A DNA stretch of 64,000 nucleotides. It comes from Patescibacteria group bacterium (GTDB lineage Bacteria; Patescibacteriota; Minisyncoccia; UBA6257; JACRHW01). Made by a program: the position numbers and the translations under genes. The stretch spans positions 104,050 through 168,049 of the forward strand of contig JAGWJP010000002.1 of the NCBI GenBank assembly GCA_028865725.1, given 5' to 3'. The notes beneath the pieces were generated by a model. That model did not search any database. It had not been told where the DNA came from and saw only the letters and a list, made by a program, of their open reading frames with translations. This document shows, piece by piece, positions 39,296 to 49,361 of this stretch. Numbering within the stretch: the first letter of the stretch is position 1; the number at the start of each line of letters is the position of its first letter.

Positions 39296-41137
39296 CTAAT
39301 ATCTTTTGTTGCGGAAGAGAAGGGCGGAACCGATAAGCGGGAAAAAGTCGGTGATAAAGTTATAGGCCGCTGCAAATGTCGGCCCGAATACGCCTACAAA
39401 TACCAAAGCAAAACCAAAAATGTTTGCTATCGCCCAGATCCAGATGTTGTTGCGAATAACCGCGGATGTTCGTTTTCCTAATTGAATCATCTCCGGTATC
39501 CGCGAAAGGCGATCGGAAAGAAGCACCACGTCGGCCGCTTCGACGGTGATCGCCGTTCCTGCGCGGCCCATCGCAATACCCACATCGGCCCGTGCAAGCG
39601 CCGGCGCATCGTTGATTCCGTCTCCCACCATCACCACCACGCCGCTCCGCTCGGCCACTAACGATTCAATCTCTTTAATTTTATCCTCCGGCGAAAGAGA
39701 CGATTTCACGCGCGTGATGCCAAGCGCCTCCGCCACACGCGATGCGACACCCTCATTGTCTCCTGTGAGCATCAGCGACTCAACACCCATGTGTGCGAGC
39801 GTCTCGAGGCTCTGTTTCACACCCTTGCGCGGTACATCCGCCACGATAATCATGCCTGCGTAGGTCGCATCAACAAATACAAGCACGACTGTATTTCCAT
39901 ACTGTTCGCGCGCGGAAGCAAGCCCTCCCCACACAGCAGGCGGAATCGCAATGCTTCTCTCACGGCATATCGCCTCGTTCCCTATCACCACTTCATGAGA
40001 ACCTAATCGCGCCCACACCCCTCCTCCTTGGGACACCTGAATATCATCAGGATCTTGCAAGGTGCGTGTATGCGCAATGGCTTCATGCGCGATAGCTCTC
40101 CCGATAGGATGGTCAGAAAACTTCTCTGCCATACCGACATAGTTCCAAAACAATTGCTCCGCGATAGAGGATGCGCGATCGACCGTAGCTACCGTAAAGG
40201 TGCCATAGGTAAGCGTGCCTGTCTTATCAAGTACGAGCGTTTTTGTATGCGCTAAGCGTTCAATCCACTCTCCTCCCTTGATCATCACACCGCGTTTTGC
40301 GGCATATCCGAGCGAGGCCACCATAGCAAGAGGAATCGCAACCGAAATATCATCCGCACAGGCAACCAAAAACAATGCAGCCACCTTGAGAGGATCATGC
40401 GTCACTGCATAAGTCGCTATCCCCATGACAAGCACAAGCGGAAAAAAGATGCTTGCAAACGTGTCAGCCAAACGCTCACCGTGCGATTTATGTTGCGCTG
40501 CGCTCTGTAAAAGCTCGGCCATACGTTCCAATGTCGACTCCTTTCCTACGCGCGTCGCGCGCACTTTAATCAGACCTGCTTCATTGAGCGTGGAACTCGT
40601 TACCTCGTCTCCTACTACTTTCTCAATGGGAAGCGATTCTCCTGTCACCGATGCTTCATTCACCGTAGCAGCACCAAACACAATCACACCATCAACCGGA
40701 ATACGCGCGCCTTCCTTGATCACTACCACATCGCCTTCGCGCAGTTTGTTCACATGCACCTCTACCAACCCTTTTCCCTCTTCCCGCACCGCCGTAAGCG
40801 GCTTTAATGCGAGAAGCGCGGCCACGGCATCTTCTGATCGTGTCGCGATATAGTAGTCAAGCAACCGCGCAGAAGTGAGCATCAGAACAATGAATGCGCC
40901 AGAATTATAAGCTCCTACAACGAAGGCAACCCCTAAGGCAAACGCATTGAACATATCAATCGTGATGCGGCGGGTTGGAATTGCGGCGAATGCATCCAGA
41001 AATGTGGGGAGTGACCCTATCACGACCACCACCCCCATTACGATACGGCCATACCCAAACACCATCTCGGCAACGAATACAAGACACACTCCGACAAGAA
41101 TCGCATAATCTCGAAAAGGCGTGCGAAAAAGTGACAT
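39296..41137 (-). CDS. P-type cation-transporting ATPase (P1B heavy-metal type, lacking N-terminal metal-binding domain)
   Basis: 613 aa; DKTGTLT phosphorylation motif, TGDN, GDGINDAP hinge motif, 6-8 TM helices; no canonical CPC motif seen in TM6 (ACADD instead). Confidence 0.82.
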   Translation of the reverse strand: MSLFRTPFRDYAILVGVCLVFVAEMVFGYGRIVMGVVVVIGSLPTFLDAFAAIPTRRITIDMFNAFALGVAFVVGAYNSGAFIVLMLTSARLLDYYIATRSEDAVAALLALKPLTAVREEGKGLVEVHVNKLREGDVVVIKEGARIPVDGVIVFGAATVNEASVTGESLPIEKVVGDEVTSSTLNEAGLIKVRATRVGKESTLERMAELLQSAAQHKSHGERLADTFASIFFPLVLVMGIATYAVTHDPLKVAALFLVACADDISVAIPLAMVASLGYAAKRGVMIKGGEWIERLAHTKTLVLDKTGTLTYGTFTVATVDRASSIAEQLFWNYVGMAEKFSDHPIGRAIAHEAIAHTRTLQDPDDIQVSQGGGVWARLGSHEVVIGNEAICRERSIAIPPAVWGGLASAREQYGNTVVLVFVDATYAGMIIVADVPRKGVKQSLETLAHMGVESLMLTGDNEGVASRVAEALGITRVKSSLSPEDKIKEIESLVAERSGVVVMVGDGINDAPALARADVGIAMGRAGTAITVEAADVVLLSDRLSRIPEMIQLGKRTSAVIRNNIWIWAIANIFGFALVFVGVFGPTFAAAYNFITDFFPLIGSALLFRNKRY

Positions 41138-41289
41138 AGTTAGGACTTACGCCGGCTGGATGAACCACTCACCTTTGATACCAGTTAGGAAAATAGGTAA
41201 CGTATAGAGAAAAAGAAGTGTTCTGTGCATATCAAAGGTGAGGAACGAGGGTTTTGACAAAGAAATTTGCCAGCTCGGGTAAGTCATAG

Positions 41290-42693
41290 TTAAAGCTCTA
41301 CCTGTTCTCCCAGAGTGGGAATATTCACGTCAATATTCGGGTGCAATGATTCTACGGTATTTTTGAATATCGTTGCTTGCGGCATTTCTGTATGCACTAG
41401 AAAGAGATGTTCGATGCCGCTTGTGTGCCCTAAATAAGCGAGGAGACTTGCTTGGTCTGCGTGGGCGCTTAATTCATCAAGCACCATAACTTTTGCACGC
41501 ACCTCGTGTGACTCTCCTAAAATCATCACAGGACTTGCTCCCTCTTTAATTTTTCGGCCCAACGTATTTTCAGCCTGATATCCCGTGATCAAAATAATAT
41601 TATTGGGATTTCCGATCCCATTATTCAAATGATGCAATATACGACCCCCTTCGCACATTCCCGAAGCAGAAATAATCATACAAGGTCCCTCCACATTATT
41701 GATCATTTTCGATTCCTCTACGCTATGTGTATACACAAGATTTTTGAACGCAAATGGAGACTCTCCAAGCCGCTCAAAATCACGAACCACTTCATCATTA
41801 AAATCTTCTTTGTGGCGAGAGAACACATCGGTCAAACTTTCTGCCAAAGGACTGTCGATATAGATAGGAATGGAAGGGATTTCATGCATGTCTGTCATGC
41901 GATGCAAGATATAGATAAGCTCTTGCGTTCTTCCGAGTGAAAAAGCGGGAACAATAATCTTAGATTTGAGGCGTACTGCGTCTTCGATTGCACGCTGCAA
42001 ATCCAACTTTACTTCCGAAATGGGGCGGTGATTACTGTTTCCATATGTACATTCCATAAGCATGGCCTGCACGTCTTCTTCAATATACTCTCGCGCATGA
42101 AGAATGGGTACATCTACACGGCCTAAATCTCCCGTAAATGCAAGCGTTTTTGTTATTCCCTCTTCTTTGATTTCAAGTACAATCACCTCAGATCCCAAAA
42201 TATGCCCCGCATCATACAACTTAAACCTGATATGGTCATTCAACGTAATCCATTCATGGGAAATGCGATAATAGGGATGGGGTTCAAAATAGGAAAAGAC
42301 GCGGCGTGCATCTTCAAGCGTATAGACAGATTCCACACGATCCTGCCCTTTGTGATGCCGATTATAATCATTTGCAATTTGTTCTTGAAGCGCGCCCGAA
42401 TCCTCAAGAATGCATCGTGCGACATCAGCAGTCGCGCCAGTACAATAAATCCTGCCTCGAAACCCATCGCGTACCAAAATAGGAAGTGCGCCGCAATGAT
42501 CCAAATGTCCGTGCGACAAGATCACCGCATTAATATCTTTTGCAGCAAACGGAAGCGCCTTGTTGCGTTCATTTGCAATACTTCGTTTTCCTTGATACAT
42601 CCCGCAATCAAGAAGCAGTTTGTAATCCTCCACTTCAATAAGGTGCCGAGATCCCGTCACATCCTGCGCGGCACCAAAAAATGTAATTTTCAT
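41290..42693 (-). CDS. MBL-fold beta-CASP ribonuclease (RNase J/CPSF-like)
   Basis: HGHLDHCG metallo-beta-lactamase motif, downstream beta-CASP and RNA-metabolising MBL motifs; likely start MKITFFG. Confidence 0.8.
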   Translation of the reverse strand: MKITFFGAAQDVTGSRHLIEVEDYKLLLDCGMYQGKRSIANERNKALPFAAKDINAVILSHGHLDHCGALPILVRDGFRGRIYCTGATADVARCILEDSGALQEQIANDYNRHHKGQDRVESVYTLEDARRVFSYFEPHPYYRISHEWITLNDHIRFKLYDAGHILGSEVIVLEIKEEGITKTLAFTGDLGRVDVPILHAREYIEEDVQAMLMECTYGNSNHRPISEVKLDLQRAIEDAVRLKSKIIVPAFSLGRTQELIYILHRMTDMHEIPSIPIYIDSPLAESLTDVFSRHKEDFNDEVVRDFERLGESPFAFKNLVYTHSVEESKMINNVEGPCMIISASGMCEGGRILHHLNNGIGNPNNIILITGYQAENTLGRKIKEGASPVMILGESHEVRAKVMVLDELSAHADQASLLAYLGHTSGIEHLFLVHTEMPQATIFKNTVESLHPNIDVNIPTLGEQVEL

Positions 42694-42767
42694 ATATTCA
42701 TTGTACATCAAACTAAATCTTCTCTCTATGCTTGATTTACTCCGCAATATTCGCTAGAGTAGGCGCA

Positions 42768-43358
42768 ATGCATCAACCGCTTCCACAATCTTTTTTTGAA
42801 CGTCCTACGCTCCACGTTGCACACGACATGCTTGGAGCGAGAATTATTGTTCGCGCGAATGGCATCAGAAAGACACTCGTTATTACAGAGGTGGAGGCAT
42901 ATGATGGTCCGAAGGACAAAGCATCGCACGCGTACCGCGGCACAACGCCTCGCAATGCGCTCATGTTCGGTGACGCGGGGCACTGGTACATCTATCTTGT
43001 CTACGGCATGCACTGGATGTTAAACATCACAACCGGCCCCGAAAGATACCCTGCCGCAATTCTCATTCGCAGCGGAATTACCGACGCACAACAATATCTG
43101 AAAGGCCCGGGGACCCTATCACGTTATCTCGGTATTGAGGGACGATGGAACGGACTCCTTGCCGCACCACGCAACAATCTGTGGATCGAAACCACAGATA
43201 TCAATATTCCTCCTCGCGCAATAATAAAAAAACCCCGCATCGGGGTACCCTATGCCAAAGAGTGGGCTCTGAAGCCTTACAATTTCTCCGTGACACCTTC
43301 CTTATTGTCCCAATACGTCGTTCCCGATTCCATAAGCTCAAGCCGACGTGTCTTGTAA
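42768..43358 (+). CDS. mpg: DNA-3-methyladenine (methylpurine) glycosylase, Mpg/AAG family
   Basis: ITEVEAYDGPKDKASHAYRGTTPRNALMFGDAGHWYIYLVYGMHWMLNIT matches the Mpg signature; plus strand; 3' end overlaps convergent gene by about 80 bp. Confidence 0.8.
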   Translation: MHQPLPQSFFERPTLHVAHDMLGARIIVRANGIRKTLVITEVEAYDGPKDKASHAYRGTTPRNALMFGDAGHWYIYLVYGMHWMLNITTGPERYPAAILIRSGITDAQQYLKGPGTLSRYLGIEGRWNGLLAAPRNNLWIETTDINIPPRAIIKKPRIGVPYAKEWALKPYNFSVTPSLLSQYVVPDSISSSRRVL

Positions 43359-44083
43359 TTATACCGATACACAAACACTCCACAATTCGGTATTTTTTGA
43401 GATACCGCATTTTCGTGATACTTCCTTGCGGTCCATTTCTCAAGATTGAAACGAAATGCACGAATAGTATGTCCATGAGAGACGACAAGTACCCGCTTCC
43501 GCGCACGCTGCTTGAACAACATTCCGATAAACTGATACACACGATCACACACTGCAGCTTGACTTTCTCCTCCGAGCGGCCAGGGATAAAATTTTCCCAT
43601 GACATGCCAATAATTCCGATAATCAGGGAGAATCTTTTTCACATCCTCAACATACATCGTAGCGGCATACCCAGAATCACGTTCGCGAATGAGGTGACTC
43701 TCCCTTCGCTTTATTTTCGCGCGTTCTTCTGATGTATATGCAGCAAGGATTCCATCAAGCGTTTCATGCGCGCGCCGATATCCCGAATCATACGCCACAT
43801 CAAAAGTGCCAAACCGTTCACGCAACGCAACGCCTGTATGTCGTGCTTGAGCATGTCCGCGCGCAGTAAGCGGAGTATCAGGATCTGAAATCTCCCGAAG
43901 TACCTCCGCGCCGGGCTTTCGCGGCAGGTAGGGATCACCATCTTTAATCACATTACGCAATGACTCGCCATGCCGCACAATCACAAGCAGTGCGGGCCGT
44001 TGAATTCCTATACTTCCCAGAAATTCTCTGAATGCCAATGCGCGTGCAAATATGCGGTAGAAAAACTCCCGAAGCGTCCTCAT
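43277..44083 (-). CDS. Histidine phosphatase family protein (phosphoglycerate mutase-like)
   Basis: 268 aa; RHGES catalytic His motif and second SHGHTIRA His motif. Confidence 0.7.
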   Translation of the reverse strand: MRTLREFFYRIFARALAFREFLGSIGIQRPALLVIVRHGESLRNVIKDGDPYLPRKPGAEVLREISDPDTPLTARGHAQARHTGVALRERFGTFDVAYDSGYRRAHETLDGILAAYTSEERAKIKRRESHLIRERDSGYAATMYVEDVKKILPDYRNYWHVMGKFYPWPLGGESQAAVCDRVYQFIGMLFKQRARKRVLVVSHGHTIRAFRFNLEKWTARKYHENAVSQKIPNCGVFVYRYNYKTRRLELMESGTTYWDNKEGVTEKL

Positions 44084-44194
44084 TGCATTCTCTCCTTTGT
44101 GAAGATTCTATCCAAAGACTAACACATGCATACCCACATATCAAACTCTACAATTTATCCAAGTAATCTGAAGAAAAGATTGAATCTTATTCGA

Positions 44195-44962
44195 CTAAAT
44201 CTCGATTTTTGAAAAAAGATAACTGCCAACGGCGAGAAGGAAAAGCGTTGCAAGGCTTAAGACGAGAAGATCAAGCGGAATGCCGAAGTGGCCGCCCGCG
44301 CCAAACGCGGCCCGCAAGCCATCGACGCCATAAGAGAGCGGATTAAACGCCGCGATTAGTTTTAAAAATTGAGGTGCCGTGTCAATCGGGAACAGTGCTC
44401 CCGAGAGGAAAAATGTAGGCATGACTAAAAAGTTCATGATAAGCTGAAACCCCTGCATATCCTCAAGCATTGATGCAACTGCAGTCCCAAATGCCGTAAA
44501 GAGCACTGCGACCAGGAACATGAAAAGAAGCCCCAAGAACATACTCCCCATGTGTGTGATGTGAAATCCGATCACGAGCGAAAGCAACAACACGATGCAT
44601 CCTTGAAGCGTGGCAACCGTTGCGCCTCCAAGTGTTCTTCCTATCACAATCGTCAGACGCGAGACAGGGGCCACAAGCATCTCTTTTAAAAACCCGAATT
44701 GCCGATCCCAAATAATCTCGATCCCCGCAAACATCGCGGTAAACAACACACCCATTGCGATCACGCCCGGCGCCAAAAACTCTATATAATTCCCCCCTCC
44801 TGCTTTTTGGTACACGGGGCCAAATCCAAATCCAAGTGCCACCAAAAACAAAAGCGGCTGACCAAGCGATCCGATCACACGCGCACGCGAACGCGCGTAG
44901 CGCTTCAGCTGGCGGAGCCACAACACATAGATAATGGAACCAGTAGTGGTTATCTTCTCCAT
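44195..44962 (-). CDS. ABC-2 type transporter permease
   Basis: 255 aa, six TM helices, ABC-2 family features; 12-nt overlap with upstream ATPase gene. Confidence 0.75.
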   Translation of the reverse strand: MEKITTTGSIIYVLWLRQLKRYARSRARVIGSLGQPLLFLVALGFGFGPVYQKAGGGNYIEFLAPGVIAMGVLFTAMFAGIEIIWDRQFGFLKEMLVAPVSRLTIVIGRTLGGATVATLQGCIVLLLSLVIGFHITHMGSMFLGLLFMFLVAVLFTAFGTAVASMLEDMQGFQLIMNFLVMPTFFLSGALFPIDTAPQFLKLIAAFNPLSYGVDGLRAAFGAGGHFGIPLDLLVLSLATLFLLAVGSYLFSKIEI

Positions 44963-45753
44963 ACACGTGCATGCATCCTCATTTGATCTATTGATCCTGC
45001 TGACTCTTCACGGATCGATTTCCCGGTAAGACTCAGAAACGCATCCTCAAGCGAAGCTACACCCGTCTTCTGTTTTAATCCTTCAGGCGTATCCTGTGCC
45101 ACAATCGCCCCATGATCAATCACTGCGACATAATCAGCCACACGATCCGCCTCCTCCATATAGTGCGTAGTGAGAAATACGGTAATTCCCTCTTCTTTGT
45201 TCAATCCTTTTACGTAACTCCAAATATGATTTCTCGTTTGAGGGTCCAGTCCGATAGTCGGCTCATCAAGAAATAAAATCTTAGGGTGATGTATGAGGCC
45301 GCGCGCGATCTCAAGCCGTCTTCGCATCCCTCCTGAAAAATGTTTCACAATCTCATCCTTCCTATCCCACAGTTCCACCACATTCATAAGTTGTTTGATA
45401 CGCTCCGCACGCAATACGCGGGACATACGGTAGAGCACGCCATGAAGATCCATATTCTCATATGCAGTAAGTTCTTCATCAATGCTCGGATCTTGAAATA
45501 CGATGCCGAATAACTTCCGCGCCTCATCCTCATGATGAACGGGATCAACGCCGTTCAGTAAAATCGTTCCTTCCGTGGGTTTCAAAAGAGTCGTAAGCAT
45601 GCGAATTGTTGTGGTTTTTCCCGCTCCATTCGGCCCTAAAAAAGCAAAAATTGACCCCTCTTCCACCCCAAAAGACACTCCCTGCACCGCAGCAAGATCA
45701 CCGAATCTTTTTTGAAGATTATGTACTTCGATGCTTAACATACGTTTCTCCAA
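44950..45753 (-). CDS. ABC transporter ATP-binding protein
   Basis: Walker A GPNGAGKTT, signature LSGGMRRRLEIA, Walker B ILFLDEPT. Confidence 0.88.
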   Translation of the reverse strand: MEKRMLSIEVHNLQKRFGDLAAVQGVSFGVEEGSIFAFLGPNGAGKTTTIRMLTTLLKPTEGTILLNGVDPVHHEDEARKLFGIVFQDPSIDEELTAYENMDLHGVLYRMSRVLRAERIKQLMNVVELWDRKDEIVKHFSGGMRRRLEIARGLIHHPKILFLDEPTIGLDPQTRNHIWSYVKGLNKEEGITVFLTTHYMEEADRVADYVAVIDHGAIVAQDTPEGLKQKTGVASLEDAFLSLTGKSIREESAGSIDQMRMHARVWRR

Positions 45754-46241
45754 GCGATACGTTCATACCATGCCCATACACCCCATACAAATAACAAAGT
45801 CGATGTACCTGCGGAGATCATGCAGTAAAAACAAACCGCATGAATCACAAAAAGCTGCAAAAACACAAACCAAAGTGCCGCCAAAAACCCAAGCATGGTC
45901 ATACGCGTCGCGATACGCCACAACACTTCATACCTTGAATCCCAATACGCAAGGAGAAGCACTAATACCGTAAGATAATACCCTGCGCCCCAAAGCGCCA
46001 CAGGAATACCCCCCACCATTGAATAAATGCTTGTGGTTACCGTTTCACATCCACCAAAAAGCGGACAATTAAGTTCTGTCCCCGCATAGTGAGTCACAGT
46101 AAGATATGTCGCATCAAAAAAACCAATCAGGCTCAGCACAAGCCCAATAGTGAGCAGAACATTACGCGTGAGCTGCCAACTCTTTGTCGATAGCTGACTT
46201 GAATGCATCATAATTTTGCGGCTGAATACGCGCGCCATCAA
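45735..46241 (-). CDS. Vitamin K epoxide reductase (VKOR) family protein
   Basis: 168 aa; loop Cys pair CPLFGGC and active-site CFYC in TM helix. Confidence 0.72.
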   Translation of the reverse strand: MMARVFSRKIMMHSSQLSTKSWQLTRNVLLTIGLVLSLIGFFDATYLTVTHYAGTELNCPLFGGCETVTTSIYSMVGGIPVALWGAGYYLTVLVLLLAYWDSRYEVLWRIATRMTMLGFLAALWFVFLQLFVIHAVCFYCMISAGTSTLLFVWGVWAWYERIAWRNVC

Positions 46242-46923
46242 GGAAAAAAGATGGTGTTGAGTTAATACCTGCTTTGACGGCTTGCTCGTAATCAGAATCC
46301 ACGCGTTGTTGAATTTCTGGTGAATGCAGGTCGCTTGTAAATTGAGTTACGTTGAGATGAAGGTCTCCCGCATAGGTGATAAAAAGTGCTTCGGCATTAT
46401 TTGATTCTGCCCACGATGGCTGATGCTCAAATAACGCATCATGCATCTCCCAGAATCTCCCCTGCTTGTCCGCAGCGTATGCAGCGGCAATCGCAAGTTT
46501 TGCGTTCTTGTGTTGCGGTAACGGAAAGTTGCGATAGACAAACTGTATCCTGCCTTGATACTCACTAGTGATTTGTTTCACAAGCGGATAGTAGGCGCCG
46601 CATGCAGGGCACTGGAAATCACTATATTCGATAAGCACGACACGAGAAGTAGAGCTCCCCATTACCAAATCTTGAGATGAAACCGGAGCAACCAAAAACG
46701 CAGCTTGAGAAGAGGGGCTCGCATCCCCAAGTTTTATAATCCCATACACACCACCTCCCAAAAGGAGGATGACGAAAGTCCAAAAACTAACACGTTTCAG
46801 CGTCTTCTTTTTTTGTAGCGCAGCAGCGGTACGTTTCCTTTCCTCTTGTTTTGCCTCATATTTATTCTCTTTTTTAGAAGAGTTATCGCCCTGTGTTAGT
46901 TCCATATAACTTAAAATCACCAA
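46162..46923 (-). CDS. DsbA-like thiol:disulfide oxidoreductase (membrane-anchored)
   Basis: 253 aa; N-terminal TM anchor, thioredoxin-fold CPAC active site; adjacent to VKOR. Confidence 0.75.
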   Translation of the reverse strand: MVILSYMELTQGDNSSKKENKYEAKQEERKRTAAALQKKKTLKRVSFWTFVILLLGGGVYGIIKLGDASPSSQAAFLVAPVSSQDLVMGSSTSRVVLIEYSDFQCPACGAYYPLVKQITSEYQGRIQFVYRNFPLPQHKNAKLAIAAAYAADKQGRFWEMHDALFEHQPSWAESNNAEALFITYAGDLHLNVTQFTSDLHSPEIQQRVDSDYEQAVKAGINSTPSFFLDGARIQPQNYDAFKSAIDKELAAHA

Positions 46924-47030
46924 TTACAGTCTATTTGACGTAGACCAATCTTACCACATTGCACTTTCTATATCAATTGGCACACATCTCATTTTTACAT
47001 AAAAAACCGCATCATAATGCGGCACGTAAA

Positions 47031-47414
47031 TTACCCATTGATCACAAAATTCTCCGCGGCAAAGACTACTTCCTGCATCTCCATTTCGCTCTCTGCTTCG
47101 CGCAACACGAGGAGTGGCGCCCGTTCATCAAGGTAATCATTTCTCCCCACAAACCACACAAGAGCAATCTTCGTACCGTCGCACCCCACAATGACACGCA
47201 CAGCTTGATAAAGATAGCGCAGACGCGTATGGTGAAGATCGGTACGCAGATCCTTGAGCGTTTCATAAGAGGCAAGACCAATACCGTATCGGACAAGATC
47301 CTTCCCTAATGATGCAACCAAAAAATCAATCATTTCTTCTGGTTTTTTTGTATTTGCATCACGTCGTGCTTCATCGATATGCCGATACTCTTCTCTCGCA
47401 TACTGGTCTTCCAT
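47031..47414 (-). CDS. Hypothetical protein (127 aa)
   Basis: Intact ORF; no motif recognised. Confidence 0.35.
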   Translation of the reverse strand: MEDQYAREEYRHIDEARRDANTKKPEEMIDFLVASLGKDLVRYGIGLASYETLKDLRTDLHHTRLRYLYQAVRVIVGCDGTKIALVWFVGRNDYLDERAPLLVLREAESEMEMQEVVFAAENFVING

Positions 47415-47657
47415 AAAAAACCTCCTAATACCAGTTCTATTCGTAATCTAACATCACATTTCATAGTTGTAAATAACCTTCCACGATCCACGAACGTAAG
47501 CTCGTGGCACTCCTTGATCCCTTCGGTTGCCAAGGAATACCAAGTCGCGCGCCTCCTTCCTGCGTATCAATGCGATTCCGAAATTTTTTAGACCCTACGC
47601 GCTTTGCCCTCCGGGTCTCATAAAACCCTACCCGAGAAGACAAGCTTTGATGAAAAA

Positions 47658-47686
47658 ACCGCCTTTTCTTTCGGCGGTTTGTTATT
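47658..47686 (-). terminator. Rho-independent terminator
   Basis: AAACCGCC-loop-GGCGGTTT hairpin; T-tract on minus strand (TTTTTTCATC) directly after stop of 47689..47967. Confidence 0.6.
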
Positions 47687-47688
47687 AC

Positions 47689-47967
47689 CTACATATACGA
47701 TCTCGCTTCTCGTTCTGTCACCTCAGGCGGCTCATGTTCTTTCAGATACACAACAGTATCCTCTATCCCTGTAGATGCTATGATAAGAACCTTCAATGCA
47801 TCAAGGACTTCTCTGGTAAACATACTCTCATCATCCGGATGTGCTTTGATGATAACCTCAAGAGCAAAACGATCTCGCCGCAAGACGACATTTACGGCAT
47901 CCGTGTCAGGATGTCTCACAAATGTTTCCACGAAAATCAACAAACCACGGTGAAAATCGTTGGTCAT
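47689..47967 (-). CDS. Hypothetical protein (92 aa)
   Basis: Intact small ORF with terminator; no motif recognised. Confidence 0.35.
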   Translation of the reverse strand: MTNDFHRGLLIFVETFVRHPDTDAVNVVLRRDRFALEVIIKAHPDDESMFTREVLDALKVLIIASTGIEDTVVYLKEHEPPEVTEREARSYM

Positions 47968-48065
47968 TCTTGCCTCCTCCGAGGGGGTGCTGTATTGGAA
48001 TTACTATAACACAAAAACTAATAATTAGTCAAATAAAGCCGGGTTCTACTGCACCACGCCGTGTT

Positions 48066-48106
48066 TTTCAAAAACAAAAGCACCCTGCACATAATGCGCG
48101 GGGTGC
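48066..48106 (-). terminator. Rho-independent terminator of cold-shock gene
   Basis: GCACCC...GGGTGC hairpin followed on minus strand by TTTTGTTTTTG. Confidence 0.6.
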
Positions 48107-48128
48107 TTTTGTTGCATTGAATAGAGGC

Positions 48129-48326
48129 TTATGCGCGCTGAACGTTCTTTGCGCTTGGGCCCTTGTCACCCTCAACAACCTCAAAGGTGACATCATCGCC
48201 AACCTTCAACTCGTCAAAAGCAACACCATTCAAATCATTAGCATGAAAGAAAAGATCCTTTGTCTCGCCTTCGCGAGCAATGAACCCATATCCTCTTCCA
48301 TTCAATGTTTTGATTTTACCTGTCAT
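48129..48326 (-). CDS. cspA: Cold-shock protein (CspA family)
   Basis: 65 aa; RNP1 KGYGFI and RNP2 VFFHA-like motifs (GRGYGFIAREG, LFFHAN). Confidence 0.92.
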   Translation of the reverse strand: MTGKIKTLNGRGYGFIAREGETKDLFFHANDLNGVAFDELKVGDDVTFEVVEGDKGPSAKNVQRA

Positions 48327-48455
48327 GGTTCTCTTTTACGTTATTAAATACAGAAACTCGACTCCGTCTCTTACTATACCTTCCTGTATAGCATAAGTAG
48401 AAATGAATGTCAACTATCCCTTTTCCCTAGGATTTTGGGTAGTAAAACATTTGAA

Positions 48456-49361
48456 TTATTGCGAACCGATCTGTCTGCGCTGCTTCATAACCAATAACAC
48501 TGCCGAAAATAGACCGAGCATAAGAAGCACAATGGTGCCTCCCGTTGCCAGATTCGCATAAAACGAAATAATCATACCAAGAAGCACTGCGCATACAGAA
48601 CACAGTTCCGCGTAGAAGATTGTGCGTACAAAACTTGTTCTCAACTGCAACGCGGTAAGCACGGGGATAACGATCAATGCTGCGATGAGGAGTACGCCAA
48701 CAATGGGAATGGAAAGCGCTACAGTAAGTGCCGTAAGCACGATGAACACCACATTGATACTTTTAACCGGTATTCCGGCCACCAGCGCAGACTCTTCATC
48801 AAAAGTAATATACACAAGCTCTTTATAGAACAAGAACACGAGTGCCGCCACAAGCGCGCCCAGAATAGTAATTGTGAATACATCAGTCGTCGTTACTGTC
48901 ACAATGCTTCCAAAAAGATAATTGAATAAATTGGCATTCATACCGCGCGCAAGGCTCAAAAGCACAATCGCAAACGCCAAACTTCCTGATAAAAACAAAG
49001 CGAGCGCAGATTCCCCATATACTTTTTTTGACATGCGCAATCGCTCAATACCCAAGGATGCAATCACCGTGAACACAATAGCAGCAAGAACAGGATTTAT
49101 TCCTAATAACATTCCAAGCGCAATCCCAGAAAGCGACACATGAGACAATGTGTCTGCGATCAAAGAATAACGGCGCAAAACAAGAAAAATTCCAATAAGC
49201 GGCGCAACAAGTGCCACCACCATTCCCGCCTCAAGCCCCCGCATAATAAACCCGTAATGAAAAAATGAAACGATCATGAATGGTGTGGTTCTGGACCATG
49301 ATAGGCCAGATGATGAATTCTGTGGCCTTCTTGCGCAAACTCTTGAGGCGAGCCCGCCCAC
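48456..49361 (-). CDS. Metal (Zn/Mn) ABC transporter permease, ABC-3 family
   Basis: 301 aa; 8-9 TM helices, ABC-3 (ZnuB/MntB) family topology; in operon with ATPase and SBP. Confidence 0.82.
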   Translation of the reverse strand: MGGLASRVCARRPQNSSSGLSWSRTTPFMIVSFFHYGFIMRGLEAGMVVALVAPLIGIFLVLRRYSLIADTLSHVSLSGIALGMLLGINPVLAAIVFTVIASLGIERLRMSKKVYGESALALFLSGSLAFAIVLLSLARGMNANLFNYLFGSIVTVTTTDVFTITILGALVAALVFLFYKELVYITFDEESALVAGIPVKSINVVFIVLTALTVALSIPIVGVLLIAALIVIPVLTALQLRTSFVRTIFYAELCSVCAVLLGMIISFYANLATGGTIVLLMLGLFSAVLLVMKQRRQIGSQ

